A stretch of DNA of 35,475 bases from the NCBI GenBank assembly GCA_025454275.1, contig JALOOS010000001.1:1-35475 (forward strand), in the 5' to 3' direction. Numbering within the stretch: the stretch's first letter is position 1; each line of letters starts with the position of its first letter. Shown piece after piece: positions 8,265 through 19,009 of this stretch. A program made the translations under genes and the position numbers. Source of the DNA: Desulfobacterales bacterium (GTDB taxonomy: Bacteria; Desulfobacterota; Desulfobacteria; Desulfobacterales; SpSt-501). The notes beneath the pieces are model-generated. The model did not search any database and had not been told where the DNA came from. It saw only the letters and a program-made list of their open reading frames with translations.

Positions 8265-9563
8265 ATGCAGATCGTCACGACGCACAAGAACGCCGATTTC
8301 GACGCCCTTGCCTCCGTCATCGCCGCCACCCTGCTCTTCCCGGACGCCCTGGCCGTTCTGCCCAAGACCCTCAACCCCAACGTCAAGGCATTCCTCTCCA
8401 TCCACAAGGACCTTTTTCTGACCTACACCCCGGCCGATATCGATCTGAAGGCCGTGCGGCGGTTGATCGTCGTCGATGCCAACAGCTGGAACCGGCTCGA
8501 CCGGATGGATCCGCTGAAAGGCCGGCCGGGGGTGGAGGTCCTGGTATGGGACCACCACGAAGAGAAAGGCACGATCCAGGCCGCGGGCGGAAGAAGGGAG
8601 GCGGTCGGGGCCACGACGACCCTGATGGTGCGCGATCTGCGGCGCACGCGCACGCCGCTCACGCCCATGCAGGCGACCCTGCTGCTGGCCGGGATCTACG
8701 AGGATACCGGCAACCTCACCTTTCCGGCCACCACCGCGCAGGACGCCCGGGCGGCCGCCTGGCTGCTCGACCGCCGCGCGGACCTCAACATCCTGAGCAC
8801 GTTTTTGAAGCCGGCATACAGCGAAAAGCACAAGGCGATGCTCTTCCGGATGCTCGAACATGCCCGGCGCAGCAAGGTGAAGGGGCATCGCATCAGCATC
8901 AACAAGACGGTGATCGACGGGCACATCGACAGCCTGGCGGTGGTCGTGCGGATGTACATGGAGATCCTCAATGTGGATGCGGCCTTCGGCATCTTTTCCG
9001 ATCCCTCGAAAGACCGCTGCATGGTGATCGGCCGCAGCCAGTCGGAGGGGCTGGATGTGGGCGCGATCATGCGCAGCATGGGAGGGGGCGGCCATCCCCG
9101 GGCCGGCGCGGCCCAGATCAAGAACGCGAACCCGGAGGCAGTGGAGAACTGGATCCTGGAACTGATCCAGGGCAACCAGCAGGCGTCGGTGCAGGTGAGC
9201 GACCTCATGTCGTTTCCGGTCTTAGCGGTGGGATCGTCCACCCGGATGGAGGAGGTGGCGCTGCTCCTGCGCCAGAAGGGGATCACGGGGATTCCCGTCA
9301 TCGACGGAGGGCGGATCACCGGGATGATATCGCGCCGCGATTTTACGCGGGTGCGCAAGGAGTCCCAGCTCAAATCCCCGGTCAAGGCCTTCATGTCGAC
9401 CGCGGTGCACACCATCGCCCCCGGCCAGAGCCCGATGCGGGCCGCCGAGATCATGGTCAAGCACGACGTCGGGCGCCTGCCGGTGGTGGACAACGGCCAG
9501 TTGATCGGCATCGTGACACGCTCGGACGTGATGCGCTATTTCTACGACCTGCTGCCGGATTGA
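8265..9563 (+). CDS. DHH/DHHA1 phosphoesterase fused to a CBS-domain pair
   Basis: Motifs HKNADFDALAS, VWDHHEE (DHH), GGGGHPRAGAA (DHHA1), followed by two CBS repeats (ITGIPVIDGGRITGMISRRD; VGRLPVVDNGQLIGIVTRSD). Confidence 0.85.
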   Translation: MQIVTTHKNADFDALASVIAATLLFPDALAVLPKTLNPNVKAFLSIHKDLFLTYTPADIDLKAVRRLIVVDANSWNRLDRMDPLKGRPGVEVLVWDHHEEKGTIQAAGGRREAVGATTTLMVRDLRRTRTPLTPMQATLLLAGIYEDTGNLTFPATTAQDARAAAWLLDRRADLNILSTFLKPAYSEKHKAMLFRMLEHARRSKVKGHRISINKTVIDGHIDSLAVVVRMYMEILNVDAAFGIFSDPSKDRCMVIGRSQSEGLDVGAIMRSMGGGGHPRAGAAQIKNANPEAVENWILELIQGNQQASVQVSDLMSFPVLAVGSSTRMEEVALLLRQKGITGIPVIDGGRITGMISRRDFTRVRKESQLKSPVKAFMSTAVHTIAPGQSPMRAAEIMVKHDVGRLPVVDNGQLIGIVTRSDVMRYFYDLLPD

Positions 9564-9676
9564 ACGACTCAGAAGAGAATGAGGCGGCGGGCGAGCGCCG
9601 CCGCCGCCAAGACGGCCGCCAGGGCCAACGCGAAACCGAGTTGGGCGGCCGTGAAACGTCTCACGGAATCAGCGCC

Positions 9677-10894
9677 TCAGGAGGCGTCCAGGCCGAACTC
9701 GGTGTGGAGCGCCTGGACGGCGAGCTCCGCGTATTTCTGCTCGATCAGGCAGGAGATGCGGATCTCCGAGGTGCTGATCATCTGGATGTTGATGCCCTCC
9801 CGGGCCAGACAGGCGAACATCCGCGCCGCCACGCCCGGGTGGCTGCGCATGCCCACTCCGGTCACCGACACTTTGGCGATCGTGTCGTCGCCGAAGACAT
9901 CCTCGGCCCCGATCTCCCCTCCCACCGTCCTGCCGATCGCAAGAGCGGTCTGGTAGTCGCCCTTCGGCACCGTGAAGGTCAGGTCGGTCTTGCCGCTGGC
10001 GCGCGTGTTCTGGATGATCATATCGACGCAGATCCCGGCCGCGGCGACCGGCGTGAAGATGCGGGCGGCGATCCCGGGCGTATCCGGGACTTTGCGCAGG
10101 GTGATGCGGGCGTCGTTTTTGTTCATGGTCACCGCCGAGACCACCACCCGCTCCATGCCGTTATCCTCTTGAACGACCATGGTTCCCTCCTCATCCGAGA
10201 AAGACGAACGCACGTGCACCGGCACGTTGTATTTCATGGCGAACTCGACCGAGCGGATCTGCAGCACCTTCGCCCCGATGCTCGCCATCTCGAGCATCTC
10301 CTCGAAGCAGATCCGGTCGATCTTGCGCGCTTTGGGCACGACGTTGGGGTCGGCCGTGAAGACCCCGGTGACATCGGTGTAGATCTCGCAGGCATCGGCC
10401 TTGAGCGCGGCGGCGATGGCCACGGCCGAGGTGTCGGACCCCCCCCGTCCCAGGGTGGTGATGTTGCCCTCGGCGTCGCAGCCCTGAAAACCGGCCACGA
10501 CGGCGACGGTGCGCTCCTGGAGCAGGCGCCGGACCCGGTCGACGCGGATGTCCTGGATGCGGGCATTTCCGAAGCAATGATCGGTGCGCACCTCCACCTG
10601 GAAGCCCATGAGCGACCGGGCCGGGATGTTCATGGACGTGAGCGTCATGGCGAGGAGGGTTGCGGTGGTCTGTTCGCCGGTGGCGAGCAGGGCGTCCAGT
10701 TCGCGCTTGTCCGGCGTGTCGTTGACCTTGCGGGCCAGCCCGATCAGACCGTCGGTCACTCCGGCCATGGCCGAGACGATGACGACGAGGTCATCGCCGC
10801 GGCGGTAGGTGCCGGCCACCCGGCGGGCGACATTGCGAATCCGGTCGATGTCGGCCACCGAGGTACCTCCGAATTTCTGAACAATCAAACCCAT
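9677..10894 (-). CDS. lysC: Aspartate kinase
   Basis: N-terminal [15 protein letters not shown], kinase core, two C-terminal ACT domains, 405 aa. GGAGG SD lies 6 nt upstream. Confidence 0.93.
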   Translation of the reverse strand: MGLIVQKFGGTSVADIDRIRNVARRVAGTYRRGDDLVVIVSAMAGVTDGLIGLARKVNDTPDKRELDALLATGEQTTATLLAMTLTSMNIPARSLMGFQVEVRTDHCFGNARIQDIRVDRVRRLLQERTVAVVAGFQGCDAEGNITTLGRGGSDTSAVAIAAALKADACEIYTDVTGVFTADPNVVPKARKIDRICFEEMLEMASIGAKVLQIRSVEFAMKYNVPVHVRSSFSDEEGTMVVQEDNGMERVVVSAVTMNKNDARITLRKVPDTPGIAARIFTPVAAAGICVDMIIQNTRASGKTDLTFTVPKGDYQTALAIGRTVGGEIGAEDVFGDDTIAKVSVTGVGMRSHPGVAARMFACLAREGINIQMISTSEIRISCLIEQKYAELAVQALHTEFGLDAS

Positions 10895-10954
10895 CGTGCG
10901 CCTCCGTGGGTCGGCGGGTTGGCGTCCCGGGGGCGGGTATCGCCGCGATCCGGA

Positions 10955-11467
10955 TCACTTCCCGCCCGCCTCTGAGATCAGGCCCTTTAGCAGACTCAGC
11001 GCGGGTTGTCCATACGCATCCATGCGCAGGGTGCGGGTCGTCTCATCCTCCCCGTAATCGAAACGGATCTCCAGCCGCTCGGCCGCTGCGGCGGGGGGCA
11101 GTTTTTCGGCCCATTCGACGGCGACGACCCCTCCGCCCTCGAGGATCTCGGCCAGGCCCAGCGCCTCCAGGTCGAGCTGCGTCGGCTCCAGCCGGTAGAG
11201 GTCGATGTGGTAAAGGCGCAGGCGGGCCGGGTACTCGTTGACGAGGGTGAAGGTGGGGCTCGTCACGCTCCACTCCGGCGGCAGATCAAGCCCGCGGGCA
11301 AGCCCCTGGACAAAAACCGTCTTGCCGCTGCCGAGATCCCCGATCAGGGCCAGGACCAGCGGGGCCTGCAGGAGCCGCCCGCAGCGCTCGCCGATCGCGC
11401 GGGTGTGGGCGGCGGCAGCGGTGGTGAGGGTGCGGCTCGCCAGGGGGAGGTCGGGTGCGGGGTGCAC
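10955..11467 (-). CDS. tsaE: tRNA t6A37 biosynthesis ATPase TsaE (YjeE)
   Basis: P-loop [18 protein letters not shown], ~170 aa, directly downstream of nnr as in many bacteria. GTG start abuts the nnr stop. Confidence 0.85.
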   Translation of the reverse strand: MHPAPDLPLASRTLTTAAAAHTRAIGERCGRLLQAPLVLALIGDLGSGKTVFVQGLARGLDLPPEWSVTSPTFTLVNEYPARLRLYHIDLYRLEPTQLDLEALGLAEILEGGGVVAVEWAEKLPPAAAAERLEIRFDYGEDETTRTLRMDAYGQPALSLLKGLISEAGGK

Positions 11468-13027
11468 TTAGCTCTCTGTCTGCAGCCGGCCGATCTCGGC
11501 GGGCAGCGCCCGCAGGAGATCCCCCGCCAGGAAACCGACGGGGCCCATGGCGCCCGCCAGCGTGTCGGCCGCCGCCCCGTGGAGATAGACCGCCGTGCGG
11601 GCGGCCCGGCCGGGCGCCACCCCCTGGGTGATGAGACCGGCAATGGCTCCGGTCAATACATCCCCCATGCCCCCGGCCGCCATGCCGGCGTTGCCGGTGG
11701 GATTGACGAAGACCGTCCCGTCCGGGTGGGCGATGACCGTGCGCGCACCCTTGAGCACGACGTGAATCCCCAGTGAGACGGCCAGGCCGCGGGCGCAGCC
11801 GATGCGGTCGGTCTGGACCTCGGCCGCCGTGGCGTCCAGAAGCCGCGCCATCTCCCCCGGGTGGGGGGTGACGACGACCTCGGCCGGGACTCCCTTCAGG
11901 GCATCCAACCGGCCGGCGAGGAGGTTCAGCCCGTCCGCATCGATGACGAGCGGGCAGGGGCTGCGGCGCACCAGGCCGCGCACGAGTTCACCGGTCGCGG
12001 CCGCAGGACCGAGACCCGGGCCGACGGCAAGGCAGCGCTTCTCCCGGGCGAGGGCCAGGAGGGGCTCCAGTGCCTCCGGGCCGAGGACCCCGGGGGCGGT
12101 TTCCGGGAGCGGGGCGGTCATGGCTTCGAGAGTGAGCGTTTCGAGCACCGGGTTGAGGCCGGCGGCCGCCGCCAGGGTCACCAGTCCGGCGCCGACCCTG
12201 AGCGCCGCAATCGCCGCCAGCGCGGCCGCTCCGGTTTTCCCCGGCGAGCCGGCCGCCACGAGCAGGTGCCCGCTCAGGCCTTTGTGGCTGTCCGCGGGAC
12301 GCCGGGGAAGGCCCGCGGCGGCCAGGGACGCCGTCAGGAGGTGGTGGCGGGGTGCGACCTGATCGAGGAGGTAGGCCGGGATGCCGATGTCGACCACCTC
12401 GAGCCGCCCGGTCGTTGCGGCCCCCGGATAGAGCAGCTGGCCGATCTTGGCGCAGCCGAAAGTGACGGTCACGGCCGCCCGGATGCCGGCCCCGAGGATC
12501 TGCCCGGTGTCGGCGCTCAGCCCCGAGGGGATGTCGACGGCGAGGACCGGGCGCCCGGTACCGTTGATCCGCTCGATGAAGGCCCGGAAGAGCCCGTGCA
12601 CCGGGGCGTTCAAGCCGGTGCCGAGCAGGGCGTCCACCCAGACCGCACACCGCTCGAACTCCGGCGCCAGGGCCCCCAGCGCCTCCTCATCCGGGATCTC
12701 GGTCACCGGGACGGCCAGCGGTGTCAACAGCGCGCGGTTGGCGGCGGCATCGCCCCGCAGCCCCTCGGTCGTGCCGAGCAGGAAGACCCGCACGGGATAA
12801 CCCTGCTGCGCCAGGCAGCGGGCGATGACGAACCCGTCCCCGCCGTTGTTTCCGCGGCCGGCGGCGATGCCGACGCCCGCGCGGGCCTCGGCGGCGAAAT
12901 GCTTCAAAAAGATCCGCGTGGCCTCGCGCCCGGCATTTTCCATGAGCACCCGGCCCGGCAGACCGAAGGCGGCGATCGTCAGCCGATCCAGGGTTTGCAT
13001 TTCGGTGGAAGTGACCAGGACCATCAC
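11468..13027 (-). CDS. nnr: Bifunctional NAD(P)H-hydrate repair enzyme (epimerase / ADP-dependent dehydratase, YjeF)
   Basis: N-terminal YjeF_N domain ([14 protein letters not shown]) plus C-terminal carbohydrate-kinase domain ([13 protein letters not shown]), 519 aa. Confidence 0.9.
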   Translation of the reverse strand: MMVLVTSTEMQTLDRLTIAAFGLPGRVLMENAGREATRIFLKHFAAEARAGVGIAAGRGNNGGDGFVIARCLAQQGYPVRVFLLGTTEGLRGDAAANRALLTPLAVPVTEIPDEEALGALAPEFERCAVWVDALLGTGLNAPVHGLFRAFIERINGTGRPVLAVDIPSGLSADTGQILGAGIRAAVTVTFGCAKIGQLLYPGAATTGRLEVVDIGIPAYLLDQVAPRHHLLTASLAAAGLPRRPADSHKGLSGHLLVAAGSPGKTGAAALAAIAALRVGAGLVTLAAAAGLNPVLETLTLEAMTAPLPETAPGVLGPEALEPLLALAREKRCLAVGPGLGPAAATGELVRGLVRRSPCPLVIDADGLNLLAGRLDALKGVPAEVVVTPHPGEMARLLDATAAEVQTDRIGCARGLAVSLGIHVVLKGARTVIAHPDGTVFVNPTGNAGMAAGGMGDVLTGAIAGLITQGVAPGRAARTAVYLHGAAADTLAGAMGPVGFLAGDLLRALPAEIGRLQTES

Positions 13028-13081
13028 GGCTCTCCCATGCGCCGCTCGCTCACGGCCGGCATCATCGGATGCCGGCCCGGT

Positions 13082-13603
13082 TCAGGAGCGGCGTCGTTGC
13101 GAATTCCGGCGCTGCGGCGGCATCGTCCGATCGGCCGGCAGCGCGCCGCCGGGCTCCGCGGCCATCCCTGCTGCGATCCGCCGCACCAACTGCCGGCTCC
13201 TGGCCTGCATGCGGCGGGCCTCCCGGGGATCGCGCTCGTGGTCATAGCCGCAGAGATGGAGCACCCCGTGCACGAGCAGTTCAATGAGCCGGGTCTCCAG
13301 AGCGAGCCCTGCGCGCAGCGCCTCGCGGCCGGCCGTGTCCACCGAAACCACCACGTCCCCCAGCACGCAGGGGGTGATCCCGGCCGCATGACCCCTGTGC
13401 AACGGGAAGGCGATCACGTTGGTGGGGCCGGTCCGCCCCAGGAACTCCCGGTTCAGGGCGGCGATCCGCCGATCGCCGACGAGCAGGAGAGTGAGCTCCT
13501 CCTCAGGACGCCCTAAGGCGCTTAACAGGATCCGGGCCGCCGTGCGGAGCATCGGCAGGGGGATCGGGTGGCGCCGTTGACGATTGGCGATGTGAATGGT
13601 CAT
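13082..13603 (-). CDS. ybeY: rRNA maturation endoribonuclease YbeY
   Basis: Zinc motif HGVLHLCGYDHE, ~170 aa, downstream of phoH and the 7TM-HD gene (conserved operon). Confidence 0.9.
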   Translation of the reverse strand: MTIHIANRQRRHPIPLPMLRTAARILLSALGRPEEELTLLLVGDRRIAALNREFLGRTGPTNVIAFPLHRGHAAGITPCVLGDVVVSVDTAGREALRAGLALETRLIELLVHGVLHLCGYDHERDPREARRMQARSRQLVRRIAAGMAAEPGGALPADRTMPPQRRNSQRRRS

Positions 13604-15917
13604 TCCGGGCTCCGCTCCTGGGCTGCGCCCCGTCCGGGGCGCGCTGCTCGATATACTCGATGCGGTTGTGATGGATGCCGTTCAGGATCGTGTTGAAGCT
13701 CACGGATATCTTGTGGATGTCCTTCAACGTGATGTCGCATTCGTCGAGTTGGCCGTCCTGCAGGGCGCGGTTGATCAGCTCCTGGACATGGCCCTTGATC
13801 CGCCCGGGGGTGGGGTTCTCAAGGGTCCGCGAGGCGGCCTCCACGATATCGGCGAGCATGACCAGGGCGGCTTCGCGGGTTCTGGGCTTGGGTCCGGGAT
13901 AACGGAAATCTTCCTCTTTCACCTGGGACTCCCCCTTGGCTTGGCGGGCCTTTTCATAAAAATAGCGGATCAGGCTCGTCCCATGGTGCTGGCGGATCCC
14001 CTCCACGATGACCGAGCTCAGCTTGTGCTCCCGGGCGATCTCGACCCCGTCCTTGATGTGGGCGATCAGGATCAGGCTCGACATCGAGGGGGCGAGCCGG
14101 TCGTGGCGGTTTTTGCCGTTGCGCTGGTTTTCGATGAAGTAGAGCGGCTTTCGGACTTTGCCGATGTCGTGATAATAGCCCGTCACCTTTGCCAGGAGCG
14201 GGTTGGCGTCGATCTCGGCCGCGGCGGCTTCGGCCATGGACCCCACGATGACCGAATGGTGGTAGGTGCCCGGGGCTTCGATCATGAGCCGGCGCAGAAT
14301 CGGACGGTCCAGGTTGGCCAACTCGAGCAGGGTGATATCCGTGGTGTAATCGAAACAATATTCCACCAGCGGGACGATCCCGGCCGCCAGCACCCCGGCG
14401 CCGAAGCCTCCCAGGAAGGCGAAGGCGAGACCCCACGCGAACCCCCCGCCGGAGGTCTCTCCTGCCAGCAGCGCGATACCCGCGGCGAGGCCGATGCTCA
14501 GCAGCCCGGTCTTGGCGCCGGCGACGACGAACACCTTGCGCTCCCGGCAGTTGCGGAGCCAATAGGAACCCATGCTGCCGACGACCAGGTAGTAGATGCA
14601 GATGGGCAGGCTCTGGCCGTTGACCAAGGCCGCGCCGAAAGCCGTCACGATGGCGAAGGGCACCGCGGCGGCGACTCCCAGGAAGACGCAGACGATCATC
14701 GGGGCGGCCGCCAGGGGCAGGGCCAGGGCGAGGGGCCAGGCCGGGACGGCGTACTGTGAACCGCGGGCGGCCACCTCCAGGAACCCCCCCAGGGACTGGG
14801 CCATGAGCAGAAAGAAGAGGAAGAGTCCGGCCATGAGCAGCAAGTCCCGGGCCGGGGTGCGGGAGTCGCTCAGGGTCCGTTCCAGAAACAGGGTGTAGAA
14901 TACGGCGATGACCGCGAGCATCACCGCGGCCGCCCCCAGCAACGTGAAAAGGAACTGCCGGGGTTTGGCCTCGCTCTCCAGGGCCGCGAGCTTGAGCAGG
15001 TGAAGGTCCGTGACCCGCTCGCCCTCCCGGAGCAGCATCTCTCCGGCCTTGATCTTGTAAAGCACCGGTTTGACCTCGGCCCGCGCCCGGTTCTTGCGCT
15101 CCTCGGTCTCGTTGCGGTTGAGGGTGACGTTGGGCTGGATGAGCCGCTGGGCGAGGTCCACCACGAGGTTGCCGGCGGCGTAGTCCAGCTCGCGCAGCCA
15201 GGGTTGGCCGGCCGTGCGCACCATGCTGCGGGCCTGGTCCAGGCTGTAAAATTGGCGGGGGTCCTGAACGATGCGCTCCTCCTTGGTGCGGACCTGTCGC
15301 AGGACGATACCTTTTTCAAGATCCTTGAGGGTGGCTTCCTTGCTCGTGACGACGCCTGCCTCCAGGAGCTTGGCCAGGATCTCCGCTACCGCATCCGCCA
15401 GACGCTTGCTGAACCCCTCGGCCTCGAGCGCGGTGAACGGCCCTTTGCCGAGGCGCACCCCGAGCTTGTCTTCGAACAGCTTGCGCAGATCCTCGGCGCT
15501 GTGGGCGGCGGGCGCCCGCCGGGGGTCGGCGGCCGGGCTGTAATCCCCCTCCGCCGCAGCGCCGCGGCTCTCTGCGGCCGCCTGGCGCAAGGCGCGCATA
15601 TCGGCAAACGCCTGATCGACCACCTGCGCCAGGCGCGGGGCGAGCTCCGCGTCGAAATCGTAGACGGTCAGCACCTCCTGGAGGGCCTGCAGGCGCTTGA
15701 TGTCGGTTGCGGCCTGGTCCTCCACCAGAAAATCCCGGGGGGCCTTGATGTCTTTTTCCGCAATGTCCCCGGCCGTATAGGCAATCCGTGAGACCAGCAG
15801 GTCGGGGTGCAGGATGAGGGCGAAGACGGCCGTCACGGCGATCAGCACGGCCAGGCGGACGCCCGCGGATGGGAGGGCGGGGGCGCTCCGGTCCGATTTG
15901 GACTTGGTGGGGCTCAT
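13503..15917 (-). CDS. pgpH: 7TM-receptor/HD-domain phosphohydrolase (PgpH/YqfF-like)
   Basis: Large extracytoplasmic N-domain, about 7 TM helices, HD domain (HHSVIVGSMAEAAA...YYHDIGK...HHG). Start set at Met43 (MSPTKSK...), 1 nt after the phoH stop. The 3' end overlaps ybeY by 101 nt. Confidence 0.85.
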   Translation of the reverse strand: MSPTKSKSDRSAPALPSAGVRLAVLIAVTAVFALILHPDLLVSRIAYTAGDIAEKDIKAPRDFLVEDQAATDIKRLQALQEVLTVYDFDAELAPRLAQVVDQAFADMRALRQAAAESRGAAAEGDYSPAADPRRAPAAHSAEDLRKLFEDKLGVRLGKGPFTALEAEGFSKRLADAVAEILAKLLEAGVVTSKEATLKDLEKGIVLRQVRTKEERIVQDPRQFYSLDQARSMVRTAGQPWLRELDYAAGNLVVDLAQRLIQPNVTLNRNETEERKNRARAEVKPVLYKIKAGEMLLREGERVTDLHLLKLAALESEAKPRQFLFTLLGAAAVMLAVIAVFYTLFLERTLSDSRTPARDLLLMAGLFLFFLLMAQSLGGFLEVAARGSQYAVPAWPLALALPLAAAPMIVCVFLGVAAAVPFAIVTAFGAALVNGQSLPICIYYLVVGSMGSYWLRNCRERKVFVVAGAKTGLLSIGLAAGIALLAGETSGGGFAWGLAFAFLGGFGAGVLAAGIVPLVEYCFDYTTDITLLELANLDRPILRRLMIEAPGTYHHSVIVGSMAEAAAAEIDANPLLAKVTGYYHDIGKVRKPLYFIENQRNGKNRHDRLAPSMSSLILIAHIKDGVEIAREHKLSSVIVEGIRQHHGTSLIRYFYEKARQAKGESQVKEEDFRYPGPKPRTREAALVMLADIVEAASRTLENPTPGRIKGHVQELINRALQDGQLDECDITLKDIHKISVSFNTILNGIHHNRIEYIEQRAPDGAQPRSGARNDHSHRQSSTAPPDPPADAPHGGPDPVKRLRAS

Positions 15918-15918
15918 G

Positions 15919-16917
15919 TCACGAATCTCCGCGCGGGCCCCGCTTGCGGGCATCCAACTCTTCGTAGGCCCGGATGATCTCCTGCACCAGCTTGTGGCGC
16001 ACCACGTCCTGCTTCGAAAAGTAGACGAAGCGGATGCCCGCAATGCCCTGCAGGATGTTCTTGGTTTCGATCAGTCCGGACATCCGTTCCGGGGGGAGGT
16101 CGATCTGGGTAATGTCCCCGGTGATCACCGCCTTGGAGTTGAACCCGATCCGCGTCAGGAACATCTTCATCTGCTCGGAGGTGGTGTTCTGGGCCTCGTC
16201 CAGGATGATGAAGGAGTCGTTGAGGGTCCGGCCGCGCATGAAGGCGATGGGGGCGACCTCGATCACGCCCTTCTCCATGAGGGCGGAAACCTTCTCGAAG
16301 CGCATCATGTCGTGCAGGGCATCGTAAAGGGGGCGCAGGTAGGGGTCCACCTTTTCAGCCAGGTCGCCGGGCAGGAACCCCAGTGTCTCACCGGCTTCCA
16401 CCGCCGGTCGCGTCAGGATGATCCGGCTGACCTGGCCCTTGGTAAAGGCCGCCACGGCCATGGCCATGGCGAGGTAGGTCTTGCCGGTGCCGGCCGGCCC
16501 GATGCCGAAAACGATGTCGTGCCCCCGGATCGCCTCGATATACTCTTTCTGCGCCGGGCTTTTGGGCGTGACGAGGCTTTTCTTGGCCGTGACGTAGACC
16601 GTGTCCAGGAAAATGTCCCGCAAGCGGGTGCGATGGTCCCGGCTGAGCATGCGGGCCGCATAGTCGATGTCGTTGGGGTGAATCGGGTAGCCTTCCTTGA
16701 CGAGGCTGTAGAGCTGGGTCAGCAGGTTCTGGGCGAGCTCGGCGGCATACCGCTCGCCCTCGACGAAGACGGTCGTGCCGCGGGCGTTCACCCGGACCTC
16801 GAGCAGCTCGGAGAGGCGGCTCAAATGGATGTTCTGCTCGCCGAAGAGGTGACGGGCGGTGTCGTTGTCTGCAAACGGGATGGTGATGGTGTGGCGCTCG
16901 CTCATAGGGTCAATCAA
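15919..16917 (-). CDS. phoH: PhoH-like ATPase (PhoH/YbeZ)
   Basis: Walker A GPAGTGKTYLAMA, ILDEAQN, ITGDITQIDLP; 332 aa. Confidence 0.92.
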   Translation of the reverse strand: MIDPMSERHTITIPFADNDTARHLFGEQNIHLSRLSELLEVRVNARGTTVFVEGERYAAELAQNLLTQLYSLVKEGYPIHPNDIDYAARMLSRDHRTRLRDIFLDTVYVTAKKSLVTPKSPAQKEYIEAIRGHDIVFGIGPAGTGKTYLAMAMAVAAFTKGQVSRIILTRPAVEAGETLGFLPGDLAEKVDPYLRPLYDALHDMMRFEKVSALMEKGVIEVAPIAFMRGRTLNDSFIILDEAQNTTSEQMKMFLTRIGFNSKAVITGDITQIDLPPERMSGLIETKNILQGIAGIRFVYFSKQDVVRHKLVQEIIRAYEELDARKRGPRGDS

Positions 16918-17049
16918 TTGCTTTTATCATACCCGGGGCCGCGAATGCAATCCGCCGGAGACTTTTGCCTTGACTTCAGCCGACAGGCGTTGTTAGCTCT
17001 CCCGGTTTCGTTTGTTGCGTCTTCCAATCGCGGCCGTCAGGAAAGACAC

Positions 17050-17577
17050 ATGAACGCTTTCGATATCGTCATCGTGGTGGTGGTGGGGTACGGTTTGATC
17101 CGGGGCCTCTTCCGCGGGTTGGTCAAGGAGGTGGCCTCCCTTCTCGGGGTGATCGGAGGTTTTTTTGCCGCTTATCTTTATTATGAAACCGTCGCGGGAT
17201 GGCTGACCGGGCTGGTGTCGAATCCGGGCTACCGCAACATTCTCGCCTTCATGATTCTCTTTTGCGGCGTTCTGATCGTGGTCAACGTGATCGCGATCGT
17301 TATTCGATACCTGATGAACCTCATTTTTTTGGGTTGGCTCGACCGGCTGGGGGGAGTGGGCTTCGGCCTGGTGAAGGGCGTGCTGATCGTCTCGGTCCTC
17401 TTCATGGCGCTCACGGCCTTTCTGCCCAAGGGGGCGCCCATACTTAAAGATTCCGCGGGTGCTCCTTACGTGGCCTGGGCCTCCGAGCAGCTCTCGCTTC
17501 TGGTGTCGAACGATATCAAGCGCGAGTTCGCCTTGAAACTGGGGGAGCTAAAAAAAGCGTGGCAGCCAGGGAAGTAG
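17050..17577 (+). CDS. cvpA: CvpA-family membrane protein
   Basis: 175 aa counted back from the stop. MNAFDIVIVVVVGYGLIRGLFRGLVKE N-terminus and four hydrophobic helices are typical of CvpA. Confidence 0.8.
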   Translation: MNAFDIVIVVVVGYGLIRGLFRGLVKEVASLLGVIGGFFAAYLYYETVAGWLTGLVSNPGYRNILAFMILFCGVLIVVNVIAIVIRYLMNLIFLGWLDRLGGVGFGLVKGVLIVSVLFMALTAFLPKGAPILKDSAGAPYVAWASEQLSLLVSNDIKREFALKLGELKKAWQPGK

Positions 17578-18371
17578 ACTCGGCTCGGCCGGAGCTGGCC
17601 CGCCTGATCGAAATCATCGCCCGGCTGCGGGGACCGGGCGGGTGCCCCTGGGACCGGGAGCAGAGCCCGCGGTCGATGGTCCGGTTCCTGATCGAGGAGG
17701 CCTACGAACTGGCCGAAGCCATTGAGGCGGGCGATACCGAAAACGCCTGCGAGGAGCTGGGGGACGTCCTGTTCCACGTCCTCTTCCTGGCGCGGATGCA
17801 CGAGGAGCAGGCGGCCTTCGGCCTGACCGATGTCTGCCGTGTGATCGCGGAGAAAATGATCCGGCGCCACCCGCATGTTTTCGGCGCTGCCACGGTCGCC
17901 GACAGCGGCGAGGTGGTGCGCAACTGGAAGCGGATCAAGGCGACGGAGAAACCTCGCCCCGAGCGCCGATCGGTGCTGGACGGGCTGCCGCGCGGTCTAC
18001 CGGCGCTGCCCCGGGCCCTGGCCGTCTCCGAGGAGGCCGGCCGCGCCCGTTTCGACTGGCCGGACCTGGAGAGCGTGCTGGTCAAACTGGAAGAGGAACT
18101 GGCCGAACTGCGGGCGGCGCTGCTGCAAGGACGGGGGGAGCAGGCGGGCGAGGAGATCGGCGATCTGCTCTTTACCCTGGTCAACGCGGCGCGCCTGGCC
18201 GGGCACCATCCCGAGACGCTGCTCTCCGGAGCGGTCCGGAAATTCGAGCGGCGCTTCCGGCGCATGGAGGCGGCGATCGCCGTCCGCGGGCAGGAGCTCT
18301 CCCAGGTGCCCCAGTCCGAGAAGGATGGGATCTGGGATGCCATCAAGGCGGATGAGGCGGACCGGCCATGA
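17559..18371 (+). CDS. mazG: Nucleoside triphosphate pyrophosphohydrolase MazG
   Basis: Tandem MazG domains: [35 protein letters not shown] and a second [12 protein letters not shown]. Confidence 0.9.
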   Translation: MAAREVDSARPELARLIEIIARLRGPGGCPWDREQSPRSMVRFLIEEAYELAEAIEAGDTENACEELGDVLFHVLFLARMHEEQAAFGLTDVCRVIAEKMIRRHPHVFGAATVADSGEVVRNWKRIKATEKPRPERRSVLDGLPRGLPALPRALAVSEEAGRARFDWPDLESVLVKLEEELAELRAALLQGRGEQAGEEIGDLLFTLVNAARLAGHHPETLLSGAVRKFERRFRRMEAAIAVRGQELSQVPQSEKDGIWDAIKADEADRP

Positions 18372-19009
18372 TCGCGATCATCGACTACAATGCCGGCAAT
18401 CTCGCCAGCGTGGCCCGGGCCGTCGCCCATTTAGGCTTTGCCTGCACCGTCACCCACGATCCGGAGATGATTCGGCGCGCCGAGCGCATCATCTTCCCCG
18501 GGGTCGGGGCCGCCGGTGCCGCCATGGACAGCCTGCGCCGTCTGGGCATCGACGCGGTCCTGCGCGAGAGGAGCGCCTGCGGCACGCCCCTGCTCGGCAT
18601 CTGCCTGGGGAGCCAGGTGATCCTGGAGCACAGCGACGAGAACGACACCCCCTGCCTGGGTCTTCTGGCCGGCCGGGCCCGGGCCTTCCCCGCCGCCATG
18701 CGGAGCCCGGACGGGACGCCTCTCAAGATCCCCCACATGGGCTGGAACCGCATCGGGCGGCGCCGCGACCACCCCCTCTTCGAGGGTATCGGGCCGGAGG
18801 ACGAATTCTACTTCGTCCACAGTTTTTACCCGGTGCCGGAGCACCCCGAGGAGGTGCTGGGTGTCACCGGGCATGGGGTCGAGTTCGCGTCGGTGATCGG
18901 CCGCGGCCGCCTGGTGGCCACCCAATTTCATCTGGAGAAAAGCGGCCGTCCCGGGCTGCGGATGCTTCGGAATTTTTGCGCCGGGTTCGGCGGGGAGCGC
19001 CCATGCTGA
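18368..19009 (+). CDS. hisH: Imidazole glycerol phosphate synthase, glutamine amidotransferase subunit HisH
   Basis: [15 protein letters not shown], catalytic GICLGSQ, FYFVHSF, QFHLEKS. ATGA overlap with mazG. Confidence 0.93.
   Translation: MIAIIDYNAGNLASVARAVAHLGFACTVTHDPEMIRRAERIIFPGVGAAGAAMDSLRRLGIDAVLRERSACGTPLLGICLGSQVILEHSDENDTPCLGLLAGRARAFPAAMRSPDGTPLKIPHMGWNRIGRRRDHPLFEGIGPEDEFYFVHSFYPVPEHPEEVLGVTGHGVEFASVIGRGRLVATQFHLEKSGRPGLRMLRNFCAGFGGERPC

Noticed and set aside
10895-10954. Looked for a lysine riboswitch (L-box) or leader upstream of lysC.
   Set aside because: Only 60 nt separate the tsaE stop from the lysC start, too short for an L-box (~180 nt). lysC is probably co-transcribed with nnr-tsaE or has a simple promoter.
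8192-10975. Very long ORFs on the strand opposite well-supported genes: 8192..10975 (+, 927 aa), the N-terminal part of 15814..17577 (+), 20867..22627 (+), 24461..26539 (-), 29806..31032 (-), 32774..34441 (+), 11861..13516 (+).
   Set aside because: Their translations are Arg/Gly/Pro/Ala-rich with no motifs. They lie antisense to genes with clear family signatures, which is the typical stop-codon-poor shadow-frame pattern of high-GC DNA.
13055-13076. Perfect 9-bp hairpin GCCGGCATC-ATCG-GATGCCGGC between the nnr start and the ybeY stop.
   Set aside because: There is no U tract on either strand, so it is not called a terminator. The genes are co-directional and probably co-transcribed. It may be an RNA processing or stability element, but a single GC-rich hairpin is weak evidence.
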